Shown here: one piece after another, positions 62,243-64,000 of the stretch
How positions within the stretch are numbered: the stretch's first letter is position 1
Layout of the letters: the number at the start of each line of letters is the position of its first letter
Source: Vicugna vicugna
Lineage: Eukaryota
DNA length: 64,000 nt
Direction of reading: 5' to 3'
Assembly (NCBI GenBank): GCA_013265495.1
Contig: MU058384.1
Coordinates: forward strand, 4,956,792-5,020,791
The notes under the pieces: generated by a model
The model's input: the letters and a program-made list of their open reading frames with translations, nothing else
What the model was told of the DNA's origin: nothing
Databases searched by the model: none
Translations under genes and position numbers: made by a program

Positions 62243-64000
62243 ATTTTGGTTTTACTTAGAGCCTAAGCTTTAGCTAGATACAATAAGAATCCACTAGTAT
62301 ATACATTTTCCCCAATTATTATTTGGTGGTTACATGTGTTTATCACATGAGGAAAAAAAAACTTCATGAAAGATATAGAGAAGTCCACGAAGAATCTGCT
62401 TTATCTCAAAGAGCACACATTCACAGAAAAATAAGTTTTTCAAAGCTGTGTGTGTTGAAGTGAATGGAAGAGAGATTAAGATCCTTGTTTAGTCAGAAAA
62501 AAGAGCTTTTCACCTGACTCACAGTCAAAAACAATCCTCAACCTTTTTTACTTATGTGTCTTTATAAATTCAACCCTGAAGAACTCGGAAAAAATCTTTA
62601 AATTTTTGATAATTGGTTGTTAGTAGTAACAATGTCATTAAGTATTTTTACAATTATAAGCACTGGTAAGTTTTAATTCGGTTTTCTTTACAGATAATAA
62701 TGAATTTAACAATGAATCTTTTATTTGCAAAGTAATGTGCATATGTGAGTTATGGGTATGTTGTTTTTCATAAGATTCTCCTTTGCTAGACAAATGCTCT
62801 AACCCAAGCAGATAGCATGAAATTACCCTGGTTCTAGTAAAATACACACTTTGGAATATGTATCCCAAATGAAAAAATAGGAGACTTCTTTGAGCCTCAT
62901 GTTGTTTGTGCCTCAATGCAAAAACACCACATTGCTTAGGACACTGAACAAGGAAGTCATATGAAAAGGCTAAAAATAAACAGTCTTCTAATTTTCCACT
63001 AAACTATCCTGGTTTAAGCCTAAGATTAATATGCAGTATCTTCTCTTAAGGAACTCTTGATGGTAAAGAATTAATATGAACAGTTTCCTTGATGTGCATT
63101 ATTTCATTAATTCTTTTAATGTTTTGAGGTAGATATTAGTGTCCCCATTCCACTGCTGAGGGGACCCCATTTCCAGAAGGGTAGGTTGTTGATTGTTCAA
63201 GGTTACCATGGCAGAGATGCTATTCAAACCTAGCTCTGTTTGACTCGCAAATCCATGCTTTTTTCCACTCTGCATTATTTTTTCTCCTCCTTATGTTCAA
63301 GTTGATGGAATAAAGTCACTCTGTCATCCCTAGATCCCGCAAAGTGTTGTTCACTGGCAAGACCTGAGGATAGCCTTACAATCACCCAGCTTGAGACTTT
63401 GCTAAAACCCCAATTCCGAGAACAAGGAGCACGGGATTAGGTACAGGAATGGTGAAAGAGGGTATCGGAGACCCACTCACAACACTGTCGTAAAACAGGT
63501 GCAAATGGAAGCTAGTTGAAAATTCCCACCAGGAAGCTGAAGAAAAGAGGCAGACGAAGAAGAGATGGAGGTGGGAGGTGGGTAGTGCAGAATAAAGGAG
63601 AGGAATGTGGCTCACAGGTGGAGAGGGGAAATGGTCAGAGAAGGAGAATGAATGAGGATTATCAGGAAGACACAAATAGGGCTTTGTGGTGAGAGGAGAG
63701 GGTGGAGGGCAAGGCAGAGATGAGACAGGGAAGAAACTTTGCCTAGAGAACAAAGAAAAGAATAAGCACAGTTTTATCTCCATTAGAAAAAGTGGAAGTT
63801 TGTCTTCTGTGACAGGTTGTTCCAACCCATTGTGTTGTGCTAAGATACTGCATTATCTCAACTGCTTGCCATTAGAAATGTGTAGATTCCTGGGGCCACT
63901 TTATAGCCAATGCTTAATAACGTACCTGAGCTTGTGAAATTTACTGTATGCAGTGATGAGATGAAAACAGTATATAGTTGTAGCCACCTAATTTCTCATC

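Noticed and set aside
19000..64000. HBS1L exons, processed pseudogenes, CRISPR-like arrays or another novel coding system upstream of MYB
   Set aside because: No ORF resembles a known protein apart from L1 remnants, and there is no regularly spaced repeat-spacer array; all repeats are two-copy duplications, microsatellites or TSDs.

Overview
Mammalian genomic DNA, most likely camelid: it carries four full Vic-1-like tRNA-derived SINEs, and I recognised no Alu, BovB, PRE1 or Can-SINE. Bases 1-18,000 hold the 5' part of the c-MYB proto-oncogene on the minus strand: coding exons 1-9, the in-frame 363-nt alternative exon 9B and exon 10. All have canonical GT-AG boundaries and a continuous frame (exons 1-9 = 1203 nt, 401 codons); exon 11 onward lies left of the window. 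A CpG-island promoter with GGA repeats, an E2F site and a (TG)20 tract lies at about 15.6-19 kb. The remaining ~45 kb is non-coding upstream DNA, by synteny the HBS1L-MYB interval (HBS1L itself is not seen). It consists of old L2/MIR/hAT repeats, younger L1 and SINE insertions, microsatellites and several dense haematopoietic TF-motif clusters that look like MYB enhancers. I see no new gene or clearly new biological system. The best leads concern MYB regulation: competing hairpins and an extra in-frame acceptor upstream of exon 9B, a candidate poison exon and microexon, no long poly(T) attenuator in intron 1, an expanded GGA tract, and candidate enhancers. Comparisons with human/mouse are from memory and need checking by alignment.
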